Shown piece after piece: positions 25,712-38,982 of a stretch of 64,000 nucleotides of DNA. The notes beneath the pieces are model-generated. The model did no database searches, was not told where the DNA came from, and saw only the letters and a list, made by a program, of their open reading frames with translations. Made by a program: the position numbers and the translations under genes. Location: IMG/VR virus record IMGVR_UViG_3300045988_119030, positions 21,411-85,410 of that record; one strand, written 5' to 3'. This DNA is from a virus. The stretch's first letter is position 1; every line of letters starts with the position of its first letter.

Positions 25712-27373
25712 TTGAACGTTAAATTTTTAAAAGGCTCTCAAGCCGAATTTGAAAAGGTGGCAGGTAGATATAAACCTGGTGCGTTTTATTTAGTAATTAA
25801 TGATAATAAATCCGCTGATGATTATAAAAAACCAAGTCGTCTTTATTATGGTGTAGATGAAAATAATTGTGTTCCTGTAAATCAAGGTATTAACGTAGTT
25901 GATACTACCGCAGATTTACCTCAAAGTTTTAATCAAAATACTGCTGGCGAATTTTATTATGTAAAAGATAAAAATATCTTATGTATTAATAATGGTAAAG
26001 GTTGGATTCAAACTAACACTGATACTATTTTAGATACTAGTAAAAAAAATAGTAATGTATCAGTAAATAGTAATCCTGAAAAACCTAATGGAGTTTCTAT
26101 AACTAATACTATTGCTGATAGTAGTGGTAATATTATTACTGAGACTTATGATATTATCGGTAGTGATTATATTCAAGTGGAAGCAATTCCTGCTGTTGGT
26201 GATAAAGGTGTAGACACTGTTAAACTTAGTTTAAAAGGAGTTAATTATCAATTAAGTTCTTCTTTAAATAAAAAAACTTTAAATGTTAAATTAAAGAATG
26301 CTGATACTGATGCAGGTAATTTTAATATTATTGCTGGTAGTAATGTTAATATTGCTGAAACTTCTACAGGAAATTATACTTTAAGCGTAAATAAAGCTGT
26401 TGATAGTATTGATGTAGTTAATCATGGTACTGGTACTGGTTTTACTGCTTCTATTAGTGGTCCTGGTGTTGAAGGAGCTGGTAATGGTACAACCTTATCT
26501 GCTGATATTGATCCAGAAATTGCTTTAGAAGGTAAAACTGGTAGTTACAAATTTAAAGATGGTGTTTTAACTCTTCCTGTTTATAGCAAGCAAGATATTG
26601 ATAATCAGCTTAGAACTATTAATGCTATGGTATTCCGCGGTGGATTCCAAGTTAAAGATGGAGCTATTGCCTATGATAATTCTGATATTACTGAAATTAC
26701 TGAAGGTAATACCTTTATTTATACTGGAGCCGAAGATACGCTTTGGAATGGTCATTATTTACGTCCCGGTGATTTAATTATTGCTTCTGGAAAAGAGGTT
26801 AATGGTGTTATTACTGGTACTATTAATTGGACTTATGTCCCTTCTGCTGATGATCCTGTTACTGAAATTGAAGGAGCCAATGATAAGAGCACTGCTGGTT
26901 TTATTATTAAACTTGGATCTACCAAAAAACTTTTAGATTATGCTCTTAATGGTGAAAGTGGTATTGTTCTAGAAACAGAAGTTTTAACAGATTCAAAAGG
27001 TCAACCTACTAATTCTAAAGTTGTTACTATTAAACATAGTAATACTTTAACTGTAAATACTCCAGTTTCTCAGCCCTATGCTGATGAACAAACTATTATT
27101 ATTAATGAGCCAACTGAAATTGATGCTCAAGGGCATGTAATTAAATCTACTCAAAAAACTTTTACAGTAAAAAATACTCATCAAGAGATTGCTAATGCAG
27201 ATTATACAGTAAATGGTACTGATACTTTAATTCCTAATCTTAAAGTTGCCGGTGCTGATCTTGAAGGTAAACCACTTGTTTTTGCTAGCAATAGTCTAAA
27301 GGTTAATGTTTCCGCGGCGACTACAACTGATAATGCTAAAGTTAATTTTGAGTTAGAGTGGGGAACATTCTAA
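25712..27373 (+). CDS. Fiber or receptor-binding-like protein of 553 aa with no TAG codons.
   Basis: RBS AAAGGAG, TTG start. Uninterrupted ORF. N-terminal motif (KFLKGSQAEFEKV..GAFYLV). Repetitive Thr/Asn/Gly-rich beta-rich sequence. Strong terminator downstream. Confidence 0.75.
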   Translation: MNVKFLKGSQAEFEKVAGRYKPGAFYLVINDNKSADDYKKPSRLYYGVDENNCVPVNQGINVVDTTADLPQSFNQNTAGEFYYVKDKNILCINNGKGWIQTNTDTILDTSKKNSNVSVNSNPEKPNGVSITNTIADSSGNIITETYDIIGSDYIQVEAIPAVGDKGVDTVKLSLKGVNYQLSSSLNKKTLNVKLKNADTDAGNFNIIAGSNVNIAETSTGNYTLSVNKAVDSIDVVNHGTGTGFTASISGPGVEGAGNGTTLSADIDPEIALEGKTGSYKFKDGVLTLPVYSKQDIDNQLRTINAMVFRGGFQVKDGAIAYDNSDITEITEGNTFIYTGAEDTLWNGHYLRPGDLIIASGKEVNGVITGTINWTYVPSADDPVTEIEGANDKSTAGFIIKLGSTKKLLDYALNGESGIVLETEVLTDSKGQPTNSKVVTIKHSNTLTVNTPVSQPYADEQTIIINEPTEIDAQGHVIKSTQKTFTVKNTHQEIANADYTVNGTDTLIPNLKVAGADLEGKPLVFASNSLKVNVSAATTTDNAKVNFELEWGTF

Positions 27374-27432
27374 GGGCAATACTATTTAATAATAAATATA
27401 ATTTTTTCTATTTTATATAGAAGAATGTTTTT

Positions 27433-27471
27433 ATGGGGAAAGATGAAATATTCTTTCCCCATATTTTTTTT
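27433..27471 (+). terminator. Rho-independent terminator.
   Basis: ATGGGGAAAGA..TCTTTCCCCAT hairpin followed by a T8 run. Confidence 0.8.
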
Positions 27472-27491
27472 AGGATAGAAAGGAGTAAATT

Positions 27492-30400
27492 ATGTCTAAG
27501 ATACGTTTTCGTCCTGTATAGGGCCCAGAAGAAAAAATAAAAGAATATCCTCAAAGCGATGGATATTTTTATGTGGCAACGGATACAGGCCGAGTTTATT
27601 TAGATACGGCAACTGAAAATAAAATGCCAATAGGGTCTAGTGGTGTTCAGGTAATTTACGGTACAGATAATACTGTGGAAATTGAATATGATGCGGATGA
27701 AAACCCAGTGGCTTATTTAATTCTTTTATCAAAATTATCTATAACAAATTGTCATATAGATGATTTAATTTTAAATTTAGACGGATGTTTTTATCGAATT
27801 TTAGGTTTTGCTTTAAATGAAAACCGCGAAGAATGTGCGAGATGTGAAAAATTAACTGTCGCCGGGGCAGGCGGTGGCGGAGAAGGAGACTCTGAACAAA
27901 AAGTTTTAGGAACTGTTTCTTTAACAAGAATTCCATTTGACAGCCCTGTTGATATCTTAAATGAAGAAAATGTTAAAGTAAAAGTTTTGGTTAAATGTAG
28001 AACTGTTGGTGGCGTTCCGCAATCTTCTTCTGTGCAAGGAATTATAACTATAAGCGAAATTAAAAGTGCTACAGAAAAAGAAATTTATTATACTTCTCCT
28101 CCTACTACTTATGAGCACAATATTCCGCAAGAAATTGATTTAACTAATATTTTAAGAAATTCATGTTCTAGTGAAATTAATTTTAGTATTTATTATAATC
28201 CTGATAAAGAAAATAATAGATTTTAGAAAAGCTCTGATACTATTAATATTAATAAACATCATCTTTCTTTTAGTTGGAAAGAAAGTAGTTTTAGTAATGA
28301 TAGTCCAGTTGACAATGGACAAATATCTGTTAGTTGGTTAATGTCTGAAGATATTGCTAGATCTGTTGAAGTTTATTTTGATGATTATTTAGTTTTAGAT
28401 AGAACTTATAGTGATACTGATTCTTCTTCTGAAGATTCTTTTGTTATTACTCCTGATACAAATATATTAGGGACTGATAAAGTTTCTACTTTAAAAAATT
28501 ATTTTACTCATGGTGAGCATATAATAAAAGCAAAGTTATATTTAATGAATAATTCTAAAAAAGGTGCAGGAACAGATTTTATTCAGAAAGAAATCGTTAT
28601 TCAAGAACCAGGTAATAAAATGCCTTTAATTTGGGTACAAGATTTTAAAACAGAATATTATACTTATGAGACAATAAGAATTCCTTTTAAAGTATTAGAT
28701 CCAAATAATAATGGAGCTTTTATAACTCTTTATAAAAATGGTGTTCAAGTAGGAACTAGAGAATTAGATAGTTCGCAAGTTAGAGAATGGCAATATTGGG
28801 AAATTACTAATTTAACCGTAGATGATAGTTCTTATTATACTATTAAAGTTGGTACTGATCCTTATTCTTATTCTCGTAATTTTAATTTTACAATTTTAAT
28901 TGACCCTTTAAGAGATATGAAGTTAGTAAAAAAAGATAATTTAAAGGTTAATTTTATAGCTACTGGTCGTTCTAATTCAGAAGGAAAATTAGGTCGTGAA
29001 ACTTATTTAATTAATAATAATAAATATGTAGAATTTAAAAATTTTAATTGGTATAATAATGGTTGGGTTTTTGATGAAAATAATACGACTTGTTTGCGAG
29101 TAAGCAATGGTGCGGAAGTGTCTATCCCAGTCGGAAAAATGGTTTTTAAAGATGGATCATCATCTGCTACTATTGAGGTTCAATTTAAAATAAAAAATCC
29201 TCAAAATTATGCTAAAGTTATAACTAAATATACTAGATATAAAGTAAGTAAAGACAATTGGGAGGATAATGATGCTTGGGATAAATTTAAAGCCCAAAAT
29301 AAATATCTTAATTACGATGAATTTTTAACTAAAGAATATTTACCGACAACCAATTATAGTTATGATGATTTAGAATATAATAAAATAGAACAAGATTTTA
29401 ATTTAAAGAATTTAGTTTGTGCGTATGGTAAATTAGGAAGCTCTGTATCTCCTGGTATTTATTTTAGTCCATAGGATGCTGTATTTACAGCTAATGGCGC
29501 TCAAGAAACAGTTTCAGTTGATTTTATTGAAAATGAAATGCTAAATCTTTCATTTGTTTATACTAAAAAGAAAAGTGATATAGAAGGTGGAAATTCTAAA
29601 TTATTAGAAATTTTTATGAATGGCGTTTTAACTAGCGTTGTACGTTGTAGTAGTGATGTTTGGAATATTGACTCTGATTTCATTAAATTTATGTCTAATA
29701 CTTGTGATATTGATATTTATAGTATTAGAGTTTATGATACAGATTTAACTATTCCTGAAATAGTTCAAAATTACGCTTTTGATAAGAGAAGTATAAAACA
29801 GTGGGACCAAAAAGATCTTTATGAAAACAATACGGTATTAAAAGATGATGTATTTTCTTATACTAAAATGAAAAAGTATAATGATAATCATCCGACTGAA
29901 CCTTTAATGCCCTATATTATTTTAAGGACTACTAAAAATAATAAAAATAATACGGATAATAGATTACCTTATTCTAAAGCAAAAGGAAGCTAGGAAGGAA
30001 CTTTAGAATTTGTTAACACTGCTTTAGACGCTGCTTACAATAGTGGTGAATTAGAAAAAGTTGCTATAAAAGAAGGATGGAAACCTGTAATCGAAAAAAA
30101 TGAAGAAACATAGGAAGAAGTAGTAAAATATACTGCGGTATAGAATTATTATATGCATCATTGTCCTAGTTTTATAACTGCTCTTAATGGATGTACTTTC
30201 CAAGTTCAAGGTACTTCTTCACAATTTTATCCTCGTCGTAATTATAAAGCTAAATGCAAAGAATCAATGCTTTTAAATAGAGGCCCATTTGCTGAAGACT
30301 ATAAAAAAGCAGGAGACTAGTATAATGAAGATATAACTAAACATCCTTGTTATTTAGAATGGTTTTATATGGATAATAAGACAGTCGGTACTACTAAATT

Positions 30401-33400
30401 TACTTTAAAAATAGATTTTATGGAATCTTCTGGAGATTATAATAGAGGATTTGCTAATTTAGTTAACGAGATTTATTCTAAACATCCAGTAGAAGACTAT
30501 AAAGATTCTTTTGATAATTATAATTTATATGGAAATTTAGAAGATTATCGCACTTCGGTAAAAGGATTCCCTGTTTTAGCTTTCCATTATATGTCCAACG
30601 ATGATAATACTTACTCTAAGGAAAATAGCAGTAATTGTATTTTTATTGGTAAATATAATATGCTATTAGATAAAGGGTCAGATGAATGCTATGGATTTAA
30701 GCCTAATAAAAAGATTTTACAAAATCAAATTATTGGAAGTCCTAAAATAAGAGATATAGCAGAATGCTGGGAATTTTAGAACAATTCAAGAACTTTTTGC
30801 TCTTTCCGCGACCCTTGGAATCGTTATAAATTATCATTTAGAAATCCTAATATGGTAATCCCTCCAGATGGAGATAATCCTGAATTAGTTAAAGGCGCTC
30901 CAAAAGTCGTTGATTCTTTTGAACCAAGATATAATCCAAATGATGATTTAATTGCTAAATAGTTATTTAATTTAAAAGACTGGGATGACCCAGATGGAAC
31001 ATAGACTAAGACTGTTGGAGAAGAATTAAAAAATGTAGCTCCTGATAGGCTTATTAAAAAAGAAATAATTGATGAAATTACTGGTGTAAAATCTATTAAA
31101 TGGATTATAAAAAATCCAGACGGAGAAGAAATAGAATTTAATGTTGGTAATAATACAAGTAAACAAGAATTGCTCTTAGCTTTAATGTCTAACTGGGAAG
31201 ATGCAGTTAGTTGGGTATGGAGTACTTGTTTAGATTGCGATATTGAATTTGATGATGGATAGAAATTAAAAATTCCATCTATGGGCATTTATACTAAAGT
31301 TGATGGATTAGCTGAAGCTATATATGTTCCTAATGTCTATTATGTTGAAGATGGAGTTAATGAAAATGGAAAAATTATTTATAAATTAGCTTCTGAAGAA
31401 TATAACTCTGAAACAAGATATTATAAGTAGATTAATGAAAATAATAGTTTAAAGTATGTAAGCATAAAACTTACAAATAATTCAGATAAAGTATATAAAG
31501 CAAATATTTATTATCTTTTAACTGATAGTAAAAATGAAATTTATGTATTAAGTTCTGATAAATTTAATTCTTCTTTAGATTATTATTCTTTTAATAAAAA
31601 TGAAGAAGGTATTGAGGAAAGATGGAAATTACCTAAACCAGTAATCTATGATTCTATTATTTATACTAAAGATAGTAAAGAATATCGTCAAGCTAAATTT
31701 AAAAATGAATTAAGTAATTTCTTTGATATTGAATATTTAGCTTCTTACCTTTTAATGACAGAAATTTTTGAATGTTATGATTCTCGTGGAAAAAATGCAA
31801 TGTTTGCTTCTTGGGGACCTCAAAAAGGTAATATTCAAAAATCTACTGGCAAACAACATTATATTTGGTATCCTATCTTTTATGATATTGATACTCAATT
31901 AGGTATTAATAATACTGGTATCCCATCTTTTGAATACTACATTGATGCTACTGAAGAAGGAAGTTTTTCAACTAATGATAGTGTTCTTTGGAATAATTTT
32001 TATACTTTCTTTAGAAGTAAGATGGTAGATAAATATAAGCAATTAATGGGAACTCAAAATAATTCTTATAGTCCAAACGATTCAAGAGTAAATAAAATTT
32101 TTACTAAAGGAGCAGGAAGCGGAGCTAAAAAGAGTGATATTGTAGATAAGTGGTATCGTACTGATCCATCAGTATTTCTTGATAGTTATGCAGTTTTAGG
32201 AGACCGACCAATTATTGCTTTAAGTTTAGACGAAGAATTTAAGTATATTATTCCAACAAACTCTAAAGCTGAAAATATGCCAGTGTTTGGTCGTTTAACT
32301 GATGGAGGTTCATATGAGGTTGAAGATGATAAATATTTTTATGCTTTGCAAGGAGATAGAAATCTTTATCGCGCACAATTTTTAGCTAATCGTCTTAATT
32401 ACATTGACTCTTGGTTGACTGTTGGCACTTATGCCAGAAATGGTGGAGGAAGCTATATTAGAAGTCGTATTTCCGCGAACAATCCTAAGAATACATCAGA
32501 TAAATGGATTGAAGGTACTAACACTCAAAATATGGAAGGATTAATTACAAATTCTCAGTATTGGAAAAATGGTGCTGAATTCAAAGAAAAAAATCATATG
32601 TTTGATGGTGAGTATTGGATCAACATGGAACCCGCGCGTAATGCCTATGTTACTATTGGTACAGATGGAGAGAATTTTCCTTCAAAAAAATATAATGGTT
32701 TAGAACCGGTTAAATATGTAGCTCCTGATATTAAAAAAGGAATTATGAGTAGCGGTAATTATAAAGAACAATTATATTATATTTATGGAATGGATCAAAT
32801 GAAATCTCTTGGTGATTTAAGTAAATTATATTTCCAAGAGTTTGCAGCTGAAGGAAAAATGGAGCGTTTAACTGATTTATTATTAGGATATGATGGAAAA
32901 GATGAAAGCGGTAATGAATATTTTAATAATGATGTAAATGACTGGTCTTTTTCAAAAGGTGGAATGCCTTTACTTAAAGAAATGAATCTTTGTAATATTA
33001 ACTTTAAAAAAGACTAGGGGGCATTAGATTTAACTAAAAGTGAAAAACTTGAAAACTTTAGAAACACTAAATCTAACATCCCGAGAGTTAATTTCGCTCC
33101 TGGAGTAGCTTTAAATACTTTATATTTAACCAATCGAACAAATTATTTAAGTTTAATAGAAGCTAATTTATTAACGAAATTAATAACTAATTATGTATAT
33201 CCTGAAAAAAATCCAATTACTGGAAAACTTGAGGTCTCAGATGAAAATCGTGGTTTATATATTCAAGGTCTTACTGATGCTGAAGAAGGAAAAGAAAAAA
33301 CTGAGATAAGAACTTTTGATATTCGAGGCGGTAATTTAGGTTATAATAGTTATGAATTGTTACGTAAATATATTTCAGCTAGTAAAAATAGTAAATTAGA

Positions 33401-35237
33401 TTTATCTAATTGTATTATTAATTTAAATAATGTTCAGTGGAGTCCATATAGGCTTCTGACTGATACTAAAACAACTCTCGACCCAGAAAGAAAATCTTAT
33501 TATAGAGATAATGGACATTTTTAGTTAACAGCTATTTCAAAAGATTAGGTTAATAAAATAACAAAATCTGATATTAAAAATAATTAGATTTATTATTTAG
33601 ATACAATAAATGGAGACAATAATAATCATAGTATAATAACTGATTATAATTTATTAATTGATATTTATAATAATTATAGGGGTCTTAATACTAATAAACC
33701 AGAAATATCTGGTGTTATGTATATAAAAAATAATAATTAGATTGATGAATCTATTATCTAGAATGAGTTATAGGACAAATACCCTGATTTAATAATTTTT
33801 GTAGAAAATGTTAAACAAGAATGTTCTGCCAAATTTATTTTAGAAAAAGAAGATATTGATGGAGTGTTAATTTAGGAGGTTCTAAAAACTTAGAAATTAC
33901 CCTTATCTAGCAGTAAATTCTTTGATGATCCAACAAATTCTTCTAGTGAAACTTATATTTCTTTTGGTAGCTTACAAGAAAAAATGCCAACTTATGATTT
34001 TAAAGGTTGGGAAGATGATACAGGAGAATTAGTAATTACTGTTGGAAAAAATGTAAATGAAGAAGATGTTGTTTTAAAAAGCGATTGGGATTCTTTGTCT
34101 TTACAATCTAATAAAATAGATTATGTTTTTAAAGCAAGATTTGAGCGCAAATCTTACACGATTACTTTCGTTAATGGTGACCGCGTTATTAATGATTTAA
34201 CTGTAAAGAAAGTATTTAATTATGGTGAAAGAATTACTGTTCCAAAAGAATTCTATTATTTTAATAATACAGAAGTATCTGATTTACCAGAAGGAGAAGA
34301 CTCATTAGAATGGACTTGGAGATAGACGGGATGGGCGGATAAAGATGGAGTTAAAATTGATTTAACTAAACAATTAGCCTATGCTAACCGCGAATTCTAC
34401 GCTGTTGGAGAGCCGATTAGTGTTTATGATAATATTTTAACTAATGATTCTACTCATAAATATTATGATATTATAAATTCTGATGGAGAGTTATCATTTG
34501 TAATGACTGACTTAGCTAAGAATTTAAAAGGCAAAGTTACTTTACCTACAACTTATAATGGTTAGCCAATTACAAGAATTAAATATAGTCAAGTTAACCC
34601 ATCAGCAGCAGTTGGTATTCAAGTAAATCCTAATATCACTGCGATATTTTTTGCTCCAAAAGATAGCAATAAAATTTCTGTAATAGATGATTATGCTTTT
34701 ATTTTAGATAGTGGGTTAGAATATTTCCAATTTAGTGATTGTTTAAAGAAAATTGGTACTAAAGCATTTTATCAATGTCCTTTAAGTCATAATAACATAA
34801 TTCCTTATTCTTCTTCTACTGAAGGTTTGACTTTTGGAGCTCAAGCATTTTATCAAAGCAAGATGGGTTCTTATTCTCCTTATAATTTAATTATAGAGGG
34901 ATGCAAAGACGGTATTCTTAATTTTGATATAAATGCATTTTCTGGTCAGACAATTTTAAATATGTCTGGTAATTAGTTTAAAGGTTATACTGGCGCTATT
35001 CAAGTATAGATTGGTACTAATAAACACCCAATTAAACAAATTACAGCAGATAGCTCTGGCAATATTTTTACTCCTCGTCAAACTGGTATGCCTACAGTGG
35101 CTAATGGATACACAGGTCGTTTTAGATATTATTATGTTGCTAGTTATGGTGAAAGTATTAAAAATATTTTACACAATATTTATGAAGCAATGATATCTAA
35201 TAGAGCGAATTTTGAAGAAGAGCCTATTGTAAAGTGA
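27492..35237 (+). CDS. Giant tail fiber or adhesin-like protein, about 2581 aa, about 40 in-frame TAG.
   Basis: RBS AAAGGAG, ATG at 27492. Standard-code ORFs 27573, 28341, 29538, 30369, 31755 and 33984 are all in frame 0. Triplet-by-triplet reading shows only TAG between them and a first TGA at 35235-35237. The N-terminus carries the shared fiber motif (..DGYFYVATDTGRVYLDT..). A Gly linker follows (AGAGGGGEGD). Confidence 0.6.
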
Positions 35238-35246
35238 GGATAAATT

Positions 35247-35447
35247 ATGGAAAAAGAAATTGTTTATAGATATATGGGTTCTAACGGTATTATTGAATCT
35301 TCTATATAGTTGACAGGAATTCCTGCGACTACTTTGTATAGATTAATAGCAGATTACAATAAGAAATTAACGAGAGATGGAAAAGAATTTTTTTCCATCT
35401 CTCCTTTAGTCCCTGAAAGTGAATTAAAAGAATGGTATGAGGTTTAA
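35247..35447 (+). CDS. Small hypothetical protein, 66 aa, 1 TAG.
   Basis: RBS GAGGA, ATG at 35247, TAA at 35445-35447. A terminator follows. Confidence 0.4.
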
Positions 35448-35482
35448 ATAGGCCAGAATACATTGATTTAAATATAAAAAAA

Positions 35483-35526
35483 ATTAGGTTAAATAGGAAA
35501 AGAAACTATTTAACCTAATTTTTTTA
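35483..35526 (+). terminator. Rho-independent terminator.
   Basis: ATTAGGTTAAATAG..CTATTTAACCTAAT hairpin followed by a T7 run. Confidence 0.65.
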
Positions 35527-35543
35527 GAAAGGAAGAGATAGAT

Positions 35544-37223
35544 TTGATAGTTAAAAATGATAGTGTTATCGAACAAGCTAAATGGGAAGAACTTCAAAAG
35601 AAAATCAATACTTTAGCTAAAGATAATAAAATAAAAAACGTTAATGGAAAAATCGTTGAAATAAAATCTATTGAAGACTATTATAGTAACATCACTGGTA
35701 TTGTTCAAATGAAGAAACTAGATCCATCTGTTCTTCGCATACCTTTAGATGAACCTATTATAAATATAAATGCTGATACTCGTCAAATTGAATTAACTAA
35801 AGAATTTGGAAAAACTCAATTACTTACTGTTGAAAATGATCATTTGGCAGAAACAATTTATTTTCAAATTGATAGATATTTTGATTTACAAGATTTAGCA
35901 GCTGATGATATTAAAATTTATATTTAGTATTATTTAAACGATCAAATTCAAGGTTATTCTGAAGCTATTTGCCCCGATATTGGTACTGCTGGAAAATTAA
36001 TTTTTGGTTGGCAAATTAGTGATGAAGTAACTAGTGAATCTGGTACTTTATAGTTTTCTATTATTTTCTTTAAAAAGAATCCAAAAGATAATAATAATTT
36101 AATGTATGTGTTTAATACATTACCTGCGCAAATGGTTATTAATAAAACTTTAGACATTGATGAAGATTTAGTTACCGCGCAACCTGTTGATTATTTAACG
36201 GGGTATTTAGAAAGTTTAATCGACTCAAAGAAATCCGCAGGTTTTGGAGTTCCTGATAATGTGGCTTTCTTGACAAGCATTTTAAATAACAAATCAGTTT
36301 ATTTAACTGGTGATAAATTATATGCTTTAGCTTATAATGATACTTTAAATAATCCAGATAATACTACTATTGAGTATAAATGGATTTGTAATTATAGAGG
36401 AACTAATACTGAATTAAAAAATGGTATTGGTTATGAATACAAAAAAATTGTTGATGATAATAGCATCTTTAGTGGAGATATGGCTTATAATGAAAAATTG
36501 ACCTATTTTACTAAAAATGGAGATACTTATATTAATAGTAGTAGTGATATTAATCTTGAAAATTATGTTGCTAAAAAGAATGACCTTTATTTAAAAGTTC
36601 AATATTGTGAAGTTGATGGATGCGGAAGTTATAGTGTGACAGCATTTGGCGCAACCGCGAATCAAGTGAGTAAAGAAGTTAAATGGGCTGGATTAGCTAT
36701 TTCTGTTGAAGGAATTAGTGAAGATTTTAGAATTGTTCTTGATCCTTCCCCTGATAATGGATGTTATTATGGTTCTTCTAATACTATTACTGCTGTTGGA
36801 TAGAATGATGAAGGCGTTCAGTGTACTTATCTTTGGAAAAAGAATGGCTCTGATTTTAGCACTGAAAAAACTGTAACTTTAACTAAAGAGGATAATTATA
36901 CTTTATCAGTTCATGGTTATAAAAATAAAGATAATATAGATTATCCTACAATTAGTTTTACTAATTATTTTGACCCAACTAATTTAGTTCCTGTTATTAA
37001 AGAAGTTTCAATTGAAAATGGAAAATATATTGTTAAACTCGAAAATACTAGTGAGTTAGGCAATGGTGTTTATGAATATCAATGGAAAAATGCGAATGGT
37101 CTTACTCAAAAAACAACTTCTGAAAATTCAACAGAAGTAGATGAAAATATTACTCAAGTAGCTGTAATTATCTAGAAAGGTGAAAGAAAATCAAAACCAG
37201 GAACCTTTAAGATTGAGGGGTAA
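35544..37223 (+). CDS. Structural protein, 559 aa. Its N-terminal domain is paralogous to the next gene; the C-terminus is Ig-like and repetitive.
   Basis: TTG start after GGAAG. Frame 0 links ORFs 35544 and 36102 through TAG. TAA at 37221-37223. Shares the DHLAETIYFQIDRYFD...NTLPA domain with the 37229 gene. Confidence 0.55.
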
Positions 37224-37228
37224 GATAA

Positions 37229-37848
37229 ATGATAACTAATCCAACTGATTATTATAGTGTTTTACATCAAATACAAGATGAAAACTTTCCAATTAAGTAT
37301 CCTGCTCTTCCAGCCCCAGAAGATGAAAAGTTAGTTTAGATAGATTTAAACTCAAGAACTATTAGTAATGAAAATAGTTATATTACAGTTGAAGGCGATC
37401 ACGCTGCTGAAATTATTTATTTTGAAATAGATAGATATTTTGATACTATGGATTTAACTAATATGATGTGTATTATTTAGTATATTAATGCTGATAATGA
37501 AAAACGCATTTATCCCGTTCCATATTATGATACTTTAACTCACAAAGATAAAATTATTTTTCCTTGGGTTTTAAATTATAGTGCTACTAAAAAATCTGGT
37601 GCTTTAAATTATATGATAACTTTTTATAAAATAGAAAAAGATTCTAATAATTTACTATATAATTTAAATACATTACCAGCAAGTCTTTAGGTTTATTCTA
37701 AACTTAATTTAGATTCTATCGTAAAAGAAGAAGATTATTATGTAATTGATGATAGCCAAGTAGTACAACAAATTTGGGAACGCTTAGCACGTTTAGAAGG
37801 ATTTGTTGGCGGTAATGGGTTGGATGTTTATTGGATTGTTCTCGAATA
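37229..37848 (+). CDS. Structural protein, 206 aa, paralogous to the N-terminal domain of the 35544 gene.
   Basis: ATG at 37229, 3 TAG, TAA at 37846-37848. Motif DHAAEIIYFEIDRYFD..NLLYNLNTLPA. Confidence 0.55.
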
Positions 37849-37857
37849 AATAAACTA

Positions 37858-37900
37858 AATGGTATAGAATTATTAATTTAATTCTATACCATTAATTTAT
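37858..37900 (+). terminator. Candidate hairpin terminator (AT-rich stem, weak T-tract).
   Basis: AATGGTATAGAATT..AATTCTATACCATT inverted repeat. Confidence 0.35.
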
Positions 37901-37922
37901 AGAAAGGAGTTATTGAAGATCG

Positions 37923-38948
37923 ATGGCTCTATTTAAAATTTTAAAAGGTGATTCAGATAGATTAGTCACCTATGATGCGAAAGCGGTTAATGGAAAAATA
38001 CCCTTTCCATCTTTAGATTCTGGAAAAACTTTATTTACAACAGTAGAAAGCACTCCTATTACAGAGGGCTATGCTTATTTTACAGAAGATACTCATAAAT
38101 TTTATATTGACACCGCGGACAAAAGATTAAATCTATATACCGATCATGCGGATTATGCTACCTATGATGAAAATGGTCGTAATTTAGCAGAATTGTCAGA
38201 AGTATCTTATGAAAATATTGATGATAATGGAAGTAAAATTGGTGCGATAAATATCAATGGAATTGAGTATAATGTTACTTGTCCTGCGAATGTAGTAAGT
38301 AAACCTGTAAATAAATATGTATTTACCGCGAAAGCAAATTAGAATACATTTACTATTCCTTTTGATTTTGATGATAGCAGTGCTTTAACTTTATATTATA
38401 ATGGTATTATGCTAAAAGAAAATGATCATTACACTGTTGAGGGAAAAGTTATTACTTTAAATGGGTGGACTAGTGAAGCTGATGATTATCTTACTGTAAT
38501 GGGTATTGAGGGTGCGGCCGCGATTAATGTTGACGAAAAAGTGGCTTAGATTCAAGAAGCAATAGATAACGCCGAAGTGACTATTAATAATAAAGTTACT
38601 GATGCTATTAAATCTATTGATGATAAACTAGCAACCGTTCCTGATGATGTAACACAAGCAGTTTATAAAAATAAATCCAACATAATGACCGCGGATGGTA
38701 GAATTACTATGGATAATAATTATGTTCCTACTGCTGATATGGAATTAGCTACTAAAAAATACGTTGATAATGCCACTCCTCCTACAGTTGGAACTACCAC
38801 TGATTATTCTATTTATATTGGATCTACTAAACCTGCTTCTGGAACTGCTCCTTTAGTGTGGATAGATACAACTGCTAAAACTGGCACTTTTAAATATAGA
38901 ACTTCTACCACAGGTACTTGGACACCTGTCCCCGTGGCTTGGATTTGA
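37923..38948 (+). CDS. Fiber-like protein, 341 aa, with the shared N-terminal motif. 2 TAG.
   Basis: RBS AAAGGAG. N-terminus FKILKGDSDRLVTYDA..GYAYFTEDTHKFYIDT. Frame 0 links ORFs 37923 and 38577. TGA at 38946-38948. Confidence 0.6.
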
Positions 38949-38982
38949 TATAAATTTATTGTAAGAAAAAGGAGATAATATT

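Noticed and set aside
26567-31288. Antisense ORFs 26567-26755, 27739-27936 and 30824-31288 on the - strand within the fiber genes.
   Set aside because: They lie entirely inside well-supported + strand genes and have no start or RBS context.
37923-38948. Diversity-generating retroelement targeting the fiber C-termini.
   Set aside because: No reverse transcriptase gene and no template/variable repeat pair detectable in the window.
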